This document shows positions 1 through 9,771 of a stretch of DNA of 64,000 nucleotides, piece after piece (within the stretch, counting starts at the first letter, position 1; every line of letters starts with the position of its first letter). The notes under the pieces were generated by a model that made no database searches, was not told where the DNA came from, and was given only the letters and a program-made list of their open reading frames with translations. A program made the translations under genes and the position numbers. The stretch lies in the IMG/VR virus record IMGVR_UViG_3300031951_000003, positions 257,140 to 321,139 of that record; one strand, 5' to 3'.

Positions 1-172
1 TGTATTACGTGAACATCTACCACATCAATACCATTGTTCTCAAGGTATTTTTTCATCGCAATAGCAGTAGTTACACCATCTAAATCTTGGTGGAAATATA
101 TTTCAGCCTTCGGGTATCTTTTTCTTAATGCGGAAATATCTCTTAAACCTGTCTCAGTTATTAGGTTCTTCA

Positions 173-544
173 TTAATATTTCAGAGTCAACAAGTATTTC
201 GATTTATTAATCAAACCTAACATTTCATCTCTTAGATTCAATAAATCTGTATCATATCTCGAGTCCAATTGGTCAGAGATTCCAACTAAAAATTCTGTGA
301 TTCCGTCCATGAAATTCTGAATACTTAACTTACTGATGTCTTGAAACATCAATCCAAACTCAGGTTCAAATTCAGGTCTACCATACTTTCCCATCATGGT
401 TTCAGTGAACTCATCAATGAGACCATCTAATCCCTCATAAATTGCACCGTAGGTTTTATGTTTTGCATCACCAAACGTCTGCCAGTGTAAAAATCTCCAT
501 TGAATTTGGATTTGGACTAATTTTTTTATCAATTCTTCTTTCAT
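173..544 (-). CDS. Dps/ferritin-like four-helix protein (DUF5856-type)
   Basis: LHWQT..HK..G..YE.L..LIDEF.E..MGKYGR and DLLNLRDEML..INK.KYLL resemble the Dps/ferritin-like helices seen in phages. Confidence 0.6.
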   Translation of the reverse strand: MKEELIKKLVQIQIQWRFLHWQTFGDAKHKTYGAIYEGLDGLIDEFTETMMGKYGRPEFEPEFGLMFQDISKLSIQNFMDGITEFLVGISDQLDSRYDTDLLNLRDEMLGLINKSKYLLTLKY

Positions 545-559
545 ATAATTTAAATATTA

Positions 560-1774
560 CTAAGGTAAAGGATTTAACGAACCCGAAAACATATTACTAA
601 ACATGTTTTGAACTGGATTATTTTCTTTCGGTTTTTCAGATGAACTTTGAGGTTTGTAAGCACCAGAACCAAAAAGAGGTTGAATTTGCCCATACCCTAC
701 TTTACCTGAACCACCATCTTGACCTGCATCAGCGTTTATTGCTTGGTTAAAGTCCGACTCAAAATTATTTTGAGCTTCTTCTGTTTTATTATAGTTTTCC
801 ATATTTTTCAGAAGTTCGTCTTCACCAATTTTAGCCGCCAATTCATCGGGTCCGACAAAATTTGCAATATTCATATAATCTAATAATCCCATCCACCATT
901 TTGTTTGTCTCATTAAACTTCTTACGGATGCATTTCTATTCAATAGTTGAGGCATTCCTCTGAAAACACTTTTCCAAGACAAAATTCCTTTGGTTGTTCT
1001 ATAACCTGAAAATAAACCTGGTGCTTCTTTAGCTAGTTTGGTAAGTTCTTCGAGTGCCGCTAGTTGTTTAGCTTTTGACCATACTCCAACAGATGTAGTT
1101 GCAGTTTTCAATCCTGTCATACCCCTCACTATTTCTTGACCTGTTTTTCTCAAAGGTGCTGTTGCTTTATTATAATTAGCGAATAAATCAAACCATTGTA
1201 AAACAGTTTTCTTTAACCCTCCCATCAATGGCATCGGAACTCTTTCGATATATCCTCTTAACTTACCAGCGATTTTACTGAAAGCTGAAACAAATCTTCC
1301 TGTCACACCACCCATCGCGGTTATATTATCAAGCATTTTAGCCGCTTCGGCTGTTTTTCCTGCTTCAACCAAGGCGGTAACTTTTCTCAAATTCTTCACG
1401 CCAGGACCACCAATTTTGAGGGCTGCCATCATAGGTTTGGCAACGATGTCTCCAGCATATGGTAAAGCTGAAATGATTGATAATAATCCGAATAATTTAT
1501 CTCCTTGTTTCAAATAAGAGATACCGTTTACTAAATCAACTACCCCTGTTGGGTCAAAAATTCCAACGATATCACCAAGGGTGTTATACCACTTTGCTTC
1601 GTTTACTAATTTACCCTTTGATGGATATAGAACACACAGTGTTTCGACGATTTGTTTTTTTTCCTCTTTGGAAAACTTTGACCAACTTTCTTCGGCAAGC
1701 CTATAATTGTCTTGCTTGAGAATTTCTAAATTCAAAAGTTGGAGTTGTTTTTCAGAAATTATAAATTCTGCCAT
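560..1774 (-). CDS. Putative virion (head/ejected) protein
   Basis: 404-aa ORF with N-terminal IISE motif and a late-type ATATTTATA upstream. Contains a PT-TG-like segment GIFDPTGVVDLVNGISY...LSIISALPYAGD. Confidence 0.5.
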   Translation of the reverse strand: MAEFIISEKQLQLLNLEILKQDNYRLAEESWSKFSKEEKKQIVETLCVLYPSKGKLVNEAKWYNTLGDIVGIFDPTGVVDLVNGISYLKQGDKLFGLLSIISALPYAGDIVAKPMMAALKIGGPGVKNLRKVTALVEAGKTAEAAKMLDNITAMGGVTGRFVSAFSKIAGKLRGYIERVPMPLMGGLKKTVLQWFDLFANYNKATAPLRKTGQEIVRGMTGLKTATTSVGVWSKAKQLAALEELTKLAKEAPGLFSGYRTTKGILSWKSVFRGMPQLLNRNASVRSLMRQTKWWMGLLDYMNIANFVGPDELAAKIGEDELLKNMENYNKTEEAQNNFESDFNQAINADAGQDGGSGKVGYGQIQPLFGSGAYKPQSSSEKPKENNPVQNMFSNMFSGSLNPLP

Positions 1775-1810
1775 GGATACTTTTTCTTATAAATATCCCT
1801 CGGATATAAA

Positions 1811-1833
1811 AAAAGGAGGTTAGACCTCCTTTT
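1811..1833 (-). terminator. Intrinsic terminator after the methyltransferase operon
   Basis: AAAAGGAGGT-TAG-ACCTCCTTTT hairpin followed by a T-run on the minus strand. Confidence 0.6.
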
Positions 1834-2683
1834 CAAAATCAAGTTCTGGTTGATTTTTTTTATCTATAAAATGTTGAACTCTTTTTCGAGCGACTTCCGC
1901 ATAATTAGGACTGAGTTCAATCCCTATCCACCTTCTATCTAATATCTCTGCCGCACATGCACTTGTTCCACTTCCCATGAATGGGTCAAGAACCAAATCG
2001 TTCTTATAGGTTAATATTTTTATGGCTTTCGCTGGAATATCCATTGAGAAGGTTGCCTTGGTAAGTTGTTTTGTATCAGCGAAATAGTCCCATTGACCAT
2101 ATACTAAATCCATAAACTCACGTTTTTGCTCCTCAGTATACATTGTCTTATTTCTTTTTTTTCCATCCTCACTCTCGATTTCCTCAACAACTCCAACCCA
2201 TTGCGGCTCCCCCTTAATCTTTTTGATTCTATCTTTTTTATATGCTAAAATCACACATTCTTTCGGATTGTAGATATAAGGAGAGGACGGTGACATCCAT
2301 GAGCCCCAAGCAGTGGTCTTACTTCTATGTGGTGAGTTTTCATTCAGGTCAACCAGTCCGTAAAACTTATAACCAATTTTTTGCATGATTGACCATAATT
2401 CCGAAACCATGAAAATTCTCCCACCTTTATCTTGTCTATTGATTTCATAAGGTATGTTCAGGGCAATTCTTCCGTCGTCTTTCAAAAGTCTGAAAGCTTG
2501 GGTCAACCATTTTTTTGAAAATTCCTTGTAATCTTCAAATTGAACGTCGTCGTCATGAACATCGTATTCGATTCCAACACCATACGGTGGTGATGTTACA
2601 ATTAAATCAATTGATTTCTCAGGTAGGGTCTTCATGACTTCAACACAATCTCCTTGAGTTATTTTTCTTATATAATTTTCCAT
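1820..2683 (-). CDS. DNA N4-cytosine/N6-adenine methyltransferase, beta class
   Basis: DLIVTSPPY catalytic motif precedes the VLDPFMGSGT SAM-binding motif. Confidence 0.9.
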   Translation of the reverse strand: MENYIRKITQGDCVEVMKTLPEKSIDLIVTSPPYGVGIEYDVHDDDVQFEDYKEFSKKWLTQAFRLLKDDGRIALNIPYEINRQDKGGRIFMVSELWSIMQKIGYKFYGLVDLNENSPHRSKTTAWGSWMSPSSPYIYNPKECVILAYKKDRIKKIKGEPQWVGVVEEIESEDGKKRNKTMYTEEQKREFMDLVYGQWDYFADTKQLTKATFSMDIPAKAIKILTYKNDLVLDPFMGSGTSACAAEILDRRWIGIELSPNYAEVARKRVQHFIDKKNQPELDFEKEV

Positions 2684-3084
2684 TACAACTTTCCCTCTTG
2701 TTTCATTTGTTCTCTAATCTTTGTTGCAGAGATATCATGAATGTCCTGAGGTGGAACATGTTCAATAATATCATAACCTACTCCTCTTCCAAAATTGACA
2801 GATTCAATATCGGGTATGACAATTACTTTTACCGTTTGGTCACTGAGCAATTGCCATAATTCTTTTTTTATGTTCGCCTCAACTTCTTGAGCGGAAAAAG
2901 GATTTTTTTCATCAGGGGCAATATCCCTAATACAAATCAAAACATTTTTACCTTCGTTGAGTCTTTGGTCAATCAACCATCTGTGTCCAGCATGCCACGG
3001 TTGCCATCTTCCGATAAACATGGAATACTGTTTTGCCCCCGTGTTTTTTAACTTAGGGTCACCCTCTACGTGAATTTTTTGCAT
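2683..3084 (-). CDS. HIGH-family nucleotidyltransferase (NMNAT/cytidylyltransferase-like)
   Basis: FIGRWQPWHAGH and C-terminal ISATKIRE motifs. Confidence 0.8.
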   Translation of the reverse strand: MQKIHVEGDPKLKNTGAKQYSMFIGRWQPWHAGHRWLIDQRLNEGKNVLICIRDIAPDEKNPFSAQEVEANIKKELWQLLSDQTVKVIVIPDIESVNFGRGVGYDIIEHVPPQDIHDISATKIREQMKQEGKL

Positions 3085-3508
3085 AGTCTAAAACTTTTTT
3101 TGCAGATACCTCAACACTTTCATTTGTGGTGTCGATACTAAGATATCTTTCGGTAGGTGCCTCATATTCTTTAACAAAGAAACTTTCTCTTCCTCTTACC
3201 TCTGTTGTATGAATATAAACCTCAACCATATTATCCCCCATCTTCTGTTTGAACTTGTCTCGTTGGTCTTTGTAAGGGGAAACCAACGATACTAATACAT
3301 CTTTACCTTTGTTGTGAAGGTATTGAGCGATTTGTTGTGCGAGTTCTATGTTCTTTCTTCTCCCTGTTTCAGAATAATCTTTATTATCGAATAAATCTCT
3401 TAGGTCATCACCGTCGATATGAAATATTCTATGGTCTCTAATGTCCAAGATTTCGTTACAGATTGTTGTTTTGCCAGCACCAGGCTGTCCTGTTAACCAG
3501 TATATCAT
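3059..3508 (-). CDS. cysC: Adenylylsulfate (APS) kinase-like protein
   Basis: IYWLTGQPGAGKTT P-loop, HIDGDDLR, DYSETGRRKNI, VSLVSPY, YEAP. Confidence 0.8.
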   Translation of the reverse strand: MIYWLTGQPGAGKTTICNEILDIRDHRIFHIDGDDLRDLFDNKDYSETGRRKNIELAQQIAQYLHNKGKDVLVSLVSPYKDQRDKFKQKMGDNMVEVYIHTTEVRGRESFFVKEYEAPTERYLSIDTTNESVEVSAKKVLDYAKNSRRG

Positions 3509-3687
3509 TTTTTGTCCTCCAATTGTTTTATTCTCAATTCATTAACGAATGATGAACCCATCCAAAGAAGTGTAATGAACTGCCAAGTAAAGTCTTTACC
3601 ATCAATAAAAGAAAGTATTATCGAACCTATCACACCAATAAAACCTAACAAGAAACAGGTCTTTGCTAGTAAACTCAATTTATTCAT
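3505..3687 (-). CDS. Small membrane protein
   Basis: Two hydrophobic segments; in operon with overlapping start/stop codons. Confidence 0.55.
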   Translation of the reverse strand: MNKLSLLAKTCFLLGFIGVIGSIILSFIDGKDFTWQFITLLWMGSSFVNELRIKQLEDKK

Positions 3688-3907
3688 TTTCTAAATTTTG
3701 TATTTTTCGGTTTAAGTAAAATGAAGCCTTTTTGAGGTCTTCTAATTCTTTTGAAGAATCTTTTTTACCGGCTCTTGCAACGTATTTGACTACATTGAAG
3801 AGATATGCATCTTTGTGTAACTCCCAAGCCTCACAAACTTTAATCACCTCGTAAGGATTTTCTTCTCCACCATAATGATTCGGGTGGTTTACCATTTCTT
3901 TACTCAT
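3680..3907 (-). CDS. DUF3310 family phage protein
   Basis: VNHPNHY...NVVKYVARAGKK...EDLKKA.FYL signature. Confidence 0.8.
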   Translation of the reverse strand: MSKEMVNHPNHYGGEENPYEVIKVCEAWELHKDAYLFNVVKYVARAGKKDSSKELEDLKKASFYLNRKIQNLENE

Positions 3908-4110
3908 TATCTAGCATTTAAAGTTGAATCTGAGATTTGACTGTGATTTGTGGGATATGAATCCAATTCTTTTTTTATGAACTCTTCTTGGATGTGATTT
4001 TGATTTTCATAGTTAACCAAATAAATTATAATTGTTACCCAAGAAGCTAACAAAATAGACAAGTATATTTTAAGTCCATCATCTAATTTGTTCATTTTTT
4101 TGAGCCCCAT
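3907..4110 (-). CDS. Small membrane protein
   Basis: One TM segment; coupled to its neighbour. Confidence 0.45.
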   Translation of the reverse strand: MGLKKMNKLDDGLKIYLSILLASWVTIIIYLVNYENQNHIQEEFIKKELDSYPTNHSQISDSTLNAR

Positions 4111-4222
4111 TTGTTTTCCATGTATTCAATATATCTATGAGTCTTATTTCCATTATACAACATCCATACAATGTAATAGTCAAACCACCAATCTATTTTT
4201 TTTAATATTTTTTTCAATGTAA

Positions 4223-4411
4223 TTAAATTTCTTCTACGTTTTGAACGTGAAAGTCTTCACCTCCTGATGTTTCTTTTTGCCAATGGTCGTCATTGTCATC
4301 AATCTCACCACTCTCAACCATTTCGATTGCCTCATCTTCAGTCTCGGCTTCAACGGTGTAGGTGACATATTCATCAATAGTTCTCACACCTACGATTGTG
4401 AATCTTTTCAT
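4223..4411 (-). CDS. Hypothetical acidic phage protein
   Basis: YTVEAETEDEAIEMV motif typical of small phage ORFs. Confidence 0.6.
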   Translation of the reverse strand: MKRFTIVGVRTIDEYVTYTVEAETEDEAIEMVESGEIDDNDDHWQKETSGGEDFHVQNVEEI

Positions 4412-4412
4412 A

Positions 4413-4628
4413 TTATAAAAAGTATTTTTGTAATGTTTCTAATTTATCATCGGCATCCACCAACATTTGGAGTGCTTCTTCAGCATTTTTATAGAAATCT
4501 CCTGTAGAGTGGTCTCCAATTCCTGATGCATGATTTGATAACAATTCCAAAGTAAGTAATGCTTTGGCTTTTTGTGCTTCAGCTTCTAAACGAAGCATTT
4601 CGATTAAATGATTCTTAACGTTTCCCAT
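4413..4628 (-). CDS. Hypothetical protein
   Basis: Tiled in operon; helical. Confidence 0.6.
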   Translation of the reverse strand: MGNVKNHLIEMLRLEAEAQKAKALLTLELLSNHASGIGDHSTGDFYKNAEEALQMLVDADDKLETLQKYFL

Positions 4629-4861
4629 TATTGTTTGTTTTTATGTTTTTCAGATTTTTGACCCTTCTTGTAGGGTTTCTTTTCTACTTGTTCGGTTACT
4701 TGCTCTGTAGTTTTAGTTTTACGGTTTACAAGTTTCCATTCTGATTTGGGAATATATGCCCACATACTCCCAACCATGTTGTAAGCGGTTTTGTCATCAA
4801 CTCTTTTGATGTCACCGACCTCAACGTCTTTCGATGCTTTTAAAGCTTTAATACACTTCAT
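4628..4861 (-). CDS. Hypothetical basic protein
   Basis: Tiled in operon. Confidence 0.6.
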   Translation of the reverse strand: MKCIKALKASKDVEVGDIKRVDDKTAYNMVGSMWAYIPKSEWKLVNRKTKTTEQVTEQVEKKPYKKGQKSEKHKNKQ

Positions 4862-5060
4862 TGGTTTTTTCCTCCATGTTTTTTATAGTTAATAGAATTT
4901 CTTTTTCGTTTTTTCCACTTTTGTAATATTCATAAACTTTTGAACTCAGTTCATCTTCAAAAATTAACATATCACTTTTTCCATAATAATCTTTAAGACT
5001 ATTGTTTTCAAGTGCTTTCAATGTGTATTCAGCTGAAATAATTCTTTTGTTGAATCCCAT
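4848..5060 (-). CDS. Hypothetical protein
   Basis: TATTTTTG promoter-like motif just upstream. Confidence 0.6.
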   Translation of the reverse strand: MGFNKRIISAEYTLKALENNSLKDYYGKSDMLIFEDELSSKVYEYYKSGKNEKEILLTIKNMEEKTNEVY

Positions 5061-5078
5061 AAAACAAAAATAATAATT

Positions 5079-5858
5079 TTATAGTTCAGAGTCAAAATTA
5101 TTTATTTTTTCTAAATTAACAATCTGAAAAACGTATGCCATTATTTTTCTTTTCATTATGGGTAAGAAAGTTTCCTCCATTGGGAAATCATTCGTGGACT
5201 TCAATTCAAAAATAGGTAAATCTTTAAAATGTTCTTCTTCATTCCAAGTTGAGAAGGTTTCTATAATTGAGTTCAACGTTACATCACTTGGTAATGTGTT
5301 GTATATGAGGTTTAAATAAATTTTACTATTGAAATTCTCGTTCTCGGGTTTTTTTATTTCATATTCCCAAATGAAAATTTCATTCAAGGATTTTTTGAAA
5401 TAGTAAACATACCCCTTCCCCGCGGCTAAATTATTTTTATTTCTTTTGAGACTGAGGTCCATGTGGTCGTAAGCCATGTTCCAAATTGACTTAGCCATAT
5501 TGAAGGCGTCAAATAATTTGTTACCAGAATATTTGATTGTCTTGTCAAGTTCATTGGATTCAGAATCACTTAATTGTCTTGGTTTTTTTTGAACCAATTC
5601 TTTAAGAAGAATCTCATCATCACATGACTCGAATGTCTTATTTGTAAGTAGTAACCTATTTTCTTTGACAAGTGATTGTATGTTAGCCAAATGAAGTGAA
5701 AGTTCTACAAAGTCAGGATAAATTTGTAGATTGTTGAAATTGTTTTCGCACTTCTGAAGGTAATCCAATAAAGTATATTTGTTGTATTCGAAGTCAACAG
5801 GTTTTTTCAACATCCAATCGGGCTTCAATCTGAACGGTTGTTTCTTTTGTCTAGCCAT
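5079..5858 (-). CDS. Hypothetical protein
   Basis: 259-aa ORF with no recognised motif. Confidence 0.65.
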   Translation of the reverse strand: MARQKKQPFRLKPDWMLKKPVDFEYNKYTLLDYLQKCENNFNNLQIYPDFVELSLHLANIQSLVKENRLLLTNKTFESCDDEILLKELVQKKPRQLSDSESNELDKTIKYSGNKLFDAFNMAKSIWNMAYDHMDLSLKRNKNNLAAGKGYVYYFKKSLNEIFIWEYEIKKPENENFNSKIYLNLIYNTLPSDVTLNSIIETFSTWNEEEHFKDLPIFELKSTNDFPMEETFLPIMKRKIMAYVFQIVNLEKINNFDSEL

Positions 5859-5884
5859 AACAAAAAGATAATTTATTATAACTA

Positions 5885-7648
5885 TTAATCAATTCTCATT
5901 ACGTAAAACCATTGGTCTTGAATTTTCACCTCATCAGCATTCCCATCGTAAGAATTAAGTGTTTGCCCAAATCCATCAGCATCTATCACCCCTTGTATAA
6001 ATTCATCTTTGTCTATAAATTGTTCCCAGTCAATCCCATGCTCATTTAAAAAACCTTCGGGGTCTCTCATAACATCATCAACTAATTCATCAACTTTTTC
6101 TTCAACCAAATCATCAGGGAATTCTCCATCAGGGTCGTTCTCAATATCATCGATTTCATCCTGATATTCTACTATCAATTCACTTAGTTCATCTATTTTA
6201 TCTTGAATCGAATCATCATCTCCCCCGTCCCCAATTAGTTCCTCAAATCTCTCAATTTCTACTTCGGTTCTTTTTATTCTCATTTTGAGAATTTCGATTT
6301 CTTCTTTTTGTTTGGAAGATAATTGTCTCTCACTTTCATCCAAATAAACCTCAGGATTTTGATATACATCGTCCCCTAAGTAGTCTCTTGCATAGTCCGC
6401 GACTTGTTCATCGTCAATGAAACCTCTCGCAAACCCACTACTGAAACCGCCATAACCAATATCGTCAATTAATGAATCCACCCTTTCCTCACAACTTGAT
6501 TGCATTTCACCCTCCGTTCCCACCGCATATTTTCTATCACTCAAACCTGCATCTATTACCTCAAATTCCGTGCAATCATAATACTCTCCTGTGGGTATTA
6601 TGTTGTATACATCAATTTTTTCCTCTAATTCATTCAACTCATCCTCTAAGTCACTGATTTCGTCTAAAATGTCTGTTTCTACTTCCTCACTATTATCGTA
6701 TTGGTTTTTAAGTCTCTCGATTTCATCTTTAAGTCTCTGAATTTCTATTCTGTCCTCATTTGTCAACGCTGAAACGTCACTTGTGTCAACCAACCAATCT
6801 AAAAGGGCGTGGGCTTTCAAACCCTCTTCAGGACAATCGGGACCAAGAGCCCATTCATTTTCCATCCTTCTCTCCTCAGCATCGTCTCTCATTTGCCTTA
6901 ATATTCTTGCTTGTCTTAGTGCTTCTTGTCTCTCTTTTTCTTTTTTCGCGGCTTCTTTGTCATTAAAAATCTTTATTTGTTCAGAATACTCTGAGTTCAT
7001 GTATTCAGTTATCTGATTAATTATCTCATTGTATTTAGCGGTGCCCACATGAGCAGGATATATATTTGTTTGTTGGTCTGTGGCCGTGAAAAAACTTTTG
7101 TTACCGTCAAATTTGTTGAGCAAGGCTACTTTGTAGAATGGGTCAGATGAATCAGCACTTCTATCTAAAATATAAAACAATTTACCCTCTGTGTTATAAT
7201 AATTGAATTGGTGGTCTGAACTTGCCACGGTGCACCACTTTGTTCCTTTACCGTAATAGCATGAAGCCTGATGTGTTTGAGGATTCACAACAAAAAATCT
7301 TCCATCATCGAAAACAACTTTACCACCCTCAACTTGTTTATAATCTCTTCTTGGTCTGTTCGCATATTTTTGTAATTCATCACTGAGTTCGGAAACACTT
7401 TTATATGAATTAATATCAGTTTTAGGTAGGTTTGATGAAATCTTATCAAATTCTCTAAGTTTTCTGACTAAGTCTTGAAAGTTAGATTCAAAGTTCATCA
7501 CCTCAAAGTTTTTGGCAACCCAATCCCAAAATTTTTGAGGAACGTTATCAATGATTTTTTTCAATTGCTCCTCAGAAAATTTCGTTCCATACTTAGCTTT
7601 GAGTTCTTCTGATTTGTTTTCTAATATTAATTCTAAAATTTTCATCAA
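5885..7648 (-). CDS. Putative virion protein with C.YG..T.WC domain and acidic C-terminus
   Basis: ILELILE N-terminus, ASCYYGKGTKWCT motif, D/E-rich C-terminal half. Confidence 0.6.
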   Translation of the reverse strand: MMKILELILENKSEELKAKYGTKFSEEQLKKIIDNVPQKFWDWVAKNFEVMNFESNFQDLVRKLREFDKISSNLPKTDINSYKSVSELSDELQKYANRPRRDYKQVEGGKVVFDDGRFFVVNPQTHQASCYYGKGTKWCTVASSDHQFNYYNTEGKLFYILDRSADSSDPFYKVALLNKFDGNKSFFTATDQQTNIYPAHVGTAKYNEIINQITEYMNSEYSEQIKIFNDKEAAKKEKERQEALRQARILRQMRDDAEERRMENEWALGPDCPEEGLKAHALLDWLVDTSDVSALTNEDRIEIQRLKDEIERLKNQYDNSEEVETDILDEISDLEDELNELEEKIDVYNIIPTGEYYDCTEFEVIDAGLSDRKYAVGTEGEMQSSCEERVDSLIDDIGYGGFSSGFARGFIDDEQVADYARDYLGDDVYQNPEVYLDESERQLSSKQKEEIEILKMRIKRTEVEIERFEELIGDGGDDDSIQDKIDELSELIVEYQDEIDDIENDPDGEFPDDLVEEKVDELVDDVMRDPEGFLNEHGIDWEQFIDKDEFIQGVIDADGFGQTLNSYDGNADEVKIQDQWFYVMRID

Positions 7649-7732
7649 GTTTTCTTTAATAAATATCTTTTTTTAATTATAATTGGTTGGAAGTAATATT
7701 TATATAAATAAAAACTAAAAAATCTTTTTACC

Positions 7733-7912
7733 ATGGGATGCGGATGTAAAAACAAACAGAATACCTCGCCTGAAGCTCAAAAGCTAGCTCAAGAGGCAGT
7801 TCAAAAAACAATTATGACCAAAAATCAAGAATTGAAAGAAACAGTTAAAAAAACTGTTGAAAAATATTATAACACCAACAAAGGACAAACTAACGGATAC
7901 ATTAGGGACTAA
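7733..7912 (+). CDS. Small MGCGCK protein (59 aa, not in the ORF track)
   Basis: Translated by hand: MGCGCKNKQNTSPEAQKLAQEAVQK...GYIRD*. Late-type motif upstream and terminator downstream. Confidence 0.65.
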   Translation: MGCGCKNKQNTSPEAQKLAQEAVQKTIMTKNQELKETVKKTVEKYYNTNKGQTNGYIRD

Positions 7913-7940
7913 TATGTCCACTTCACAAAAAAATAATTCA

Positions 7941-7965
7941 AGGGACAAAATTTGTCCCTTTTTTT
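7941..7965 (+). terminator. Intrinsic terminator
   Basis: AGGGACA-AAATT-TGTCCCT followed by a T-run. Confidence 0.6.
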
Positions 7966-7978
7966 GTATTTATATGAT

Positions 7979-8989
7979 ATGGAAAATGAATATTCTATAC
8001 GTGGTTTCTTGGAATCATTCAATAATAATGACTTGGATGTAAAAAAATATTTTGGTGATTATGAAACATGGTTCAATGTGTTGAAGAAAAGAGGTTTGAT
8101 GGGTGAAATCGACCCGAAGAATGCTGCGGGTTCCGAAGATTGGCAAAATGAATATCTTTTGTGGTTATACGATAATGATAGAGAAAAATATTACAAATGG
8201 ATGAATGAGATTTTATCTGATGTTGTAATAGAAGGTAAAGATGTTTATTGGCAAGGTGACAGAGTTGATTTAGCAATTTTATTTTGTGATGATAGAAGAG
8301 ACGGTCCGAGTAGAGATACAATTGAAAGTATTTTAGTTGGTGAGGATGTTTTCGAACCTTATTGGGACACAACCGATGATGTTTACAGAGATGTCATTGA
8401 AGAACTAACCAAAGAGAATTTAGAAATTTTTAAAGAAAGGATTGTTAAAGAATTATCAGGTCAACAGTTGAGTCCTGATACGGAAGAAATGGAGTTAATA
8501 GCCACTGAGCAAGGACATGAAAATTATTGGACTATAGATTCAGAAAATGTGACGAGAATAATCGACGATGAGGAGTCCATGAATAGTTTACTAAAAGATG
8601 AGCTTGCCGATGTAAAATCTGATTTATACTCTGTTCATTCTAATTCATATAATTCTGCTTACGAAAGTGAGGTATATAATAGCATTTTCAATAAATTGGA
8701 TGAATATTTCAACACCGAAAAAAAACAATGGATAAATGTTCCCCACCCATACAAAAAAGAAACTGTGGTTGAAAAATTCAAAATACCAATATATGATTTC
8801 GAAGGTATCGTGAATGATTTTTTACATTCTAACAAAGGTTATGGAAATTCAGGAACACTTGATTACCATGGAAGTTTTATAGAAATAATTAGGGAAGAAA
8901 AGGATTGTCTCAGATTGTGGTTTCCTGATTACCCTGACTCAAGATTGCTTGACAAAAACATAAATGAAATATTTTCTGATTATTTTTAA
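7979..8989 (+). CDS. Acidic hypothetical protein
   Basis: Start moved to MENEY, directly after GTATTTATA; D/E-rich. Confidence 0.65.
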   Translation: MENEYSIRGFLESFNNNDLDVKKYFGDYETWFNVLKKRGLMGEIDPKNAAGSEDWQNEYLLWLYDNDREKYYKWMNEILSDVVIEGKDVYWQGDRVDLAILFCDDRRDGPSRDTIESILVGEDVFEPYWDTTDDVYRDVIEELTKENLEIFKERIVKELSGQQLSPDTEEMELIATEQGHENYWTIDSENVTRIIDDEESMNSLLKDELADVKSDLYSVHSNSYNSAYESEVYNSIFNKLDEYFNTEKKQWINVPHPYKKETVVEKFKIPIYDFEGIVNDFLHSNKGYGNSGTLDYHGSFIEIIREEKDCLRLWFPDYPDSRLLDKNINEIFSDYF

Positions 8990-9771
8990 TGGCTTACGTA
9001 AAATACATATTAGTTGAACAAAGAGGCTTTACTCCAAGAAAAACTCCTCCACCAAACATCAAAAATATTTTATCCCAAATAGAACTTTTCGAGATGTATC
9101 CAAAGATTTTTGCTCTTGTCATCAAAGACGACAAATTAAGAGCAAGAGTTTTTATGAGGTATCAGGAGTTTTATGAGTCAGATTCCGAGACATTTAGAGG
9201 AAAAGGTTTCAAATGGTATGACTACGTGAAACATTACAAGAAAAAGACCAAGAAAGATTATTTCTCTTATCATGAAGATTGGGCAGGTTATAATATCCCT
9301 TGTAACTCAATTGAATCTTGTATGAAAGTTATTCCAGACGTAAATTTTTATGATTTGATAATGTTTAGTGTAATAGATACGATTAGAACGTTAGTAGGTG
9401 GAGAGGATTTCTATTTAATTGGTATTGACCAAAGTAATGGTGAAGACCCTTCACTTATTTTTCACGAAGTAGCACATGGTCTTTGGTTTTCATCTCCAAT
9501 TTATAAGAACAAACAAATGAAAAACATAGAAAGACTCGAGCCAAATGTAAGAGAATCGGTAGCAAGAAAAATAACTGGTATGGGATATGGAGAAAATGTG
9601 GTAGATGATGAGATTCAAGCCTATTTATCTACAGGGATAGGAGATAACATGACAAGAATCAAAAACATCAAACAAGCTCAATTACCTTTCAAACAAGTAT
9701 TTGATTCTTATACAGGTAAAATCAAACCTAATAAAATAAACATAGATTGGAGGACTGATTTGAATGCCTAA
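8989..9771 (+). CDS. Putative zincin metallopeptidase
   Basis: LIFHEVAHGL (HExxH) plus downstream DEIQAY. Confidence 0.55.
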   Translation: MAYVKYILVEQRGFTPRKTPPPNIKNILSQIELFEMYPKIFALVIKDDKLRARVFMRYQEFYESDSETFRGKGFKWYDYVKHYKKKTKKDYFSYHEDWAGYNIPCNSIESCMKVIPDVNFYDLIMFSVIDTIRTLVGGEDFYLIGIDQSNGEDPSLIFHEVAHGLWFSSPIYKNKQMKNIERLEPNVRESVARKITGMGYGENVVDDEIQAYLSTGIGDNMTRIKNIKQAQLPFKQVFDSYTGKIKPNKINIDWRTDLNA

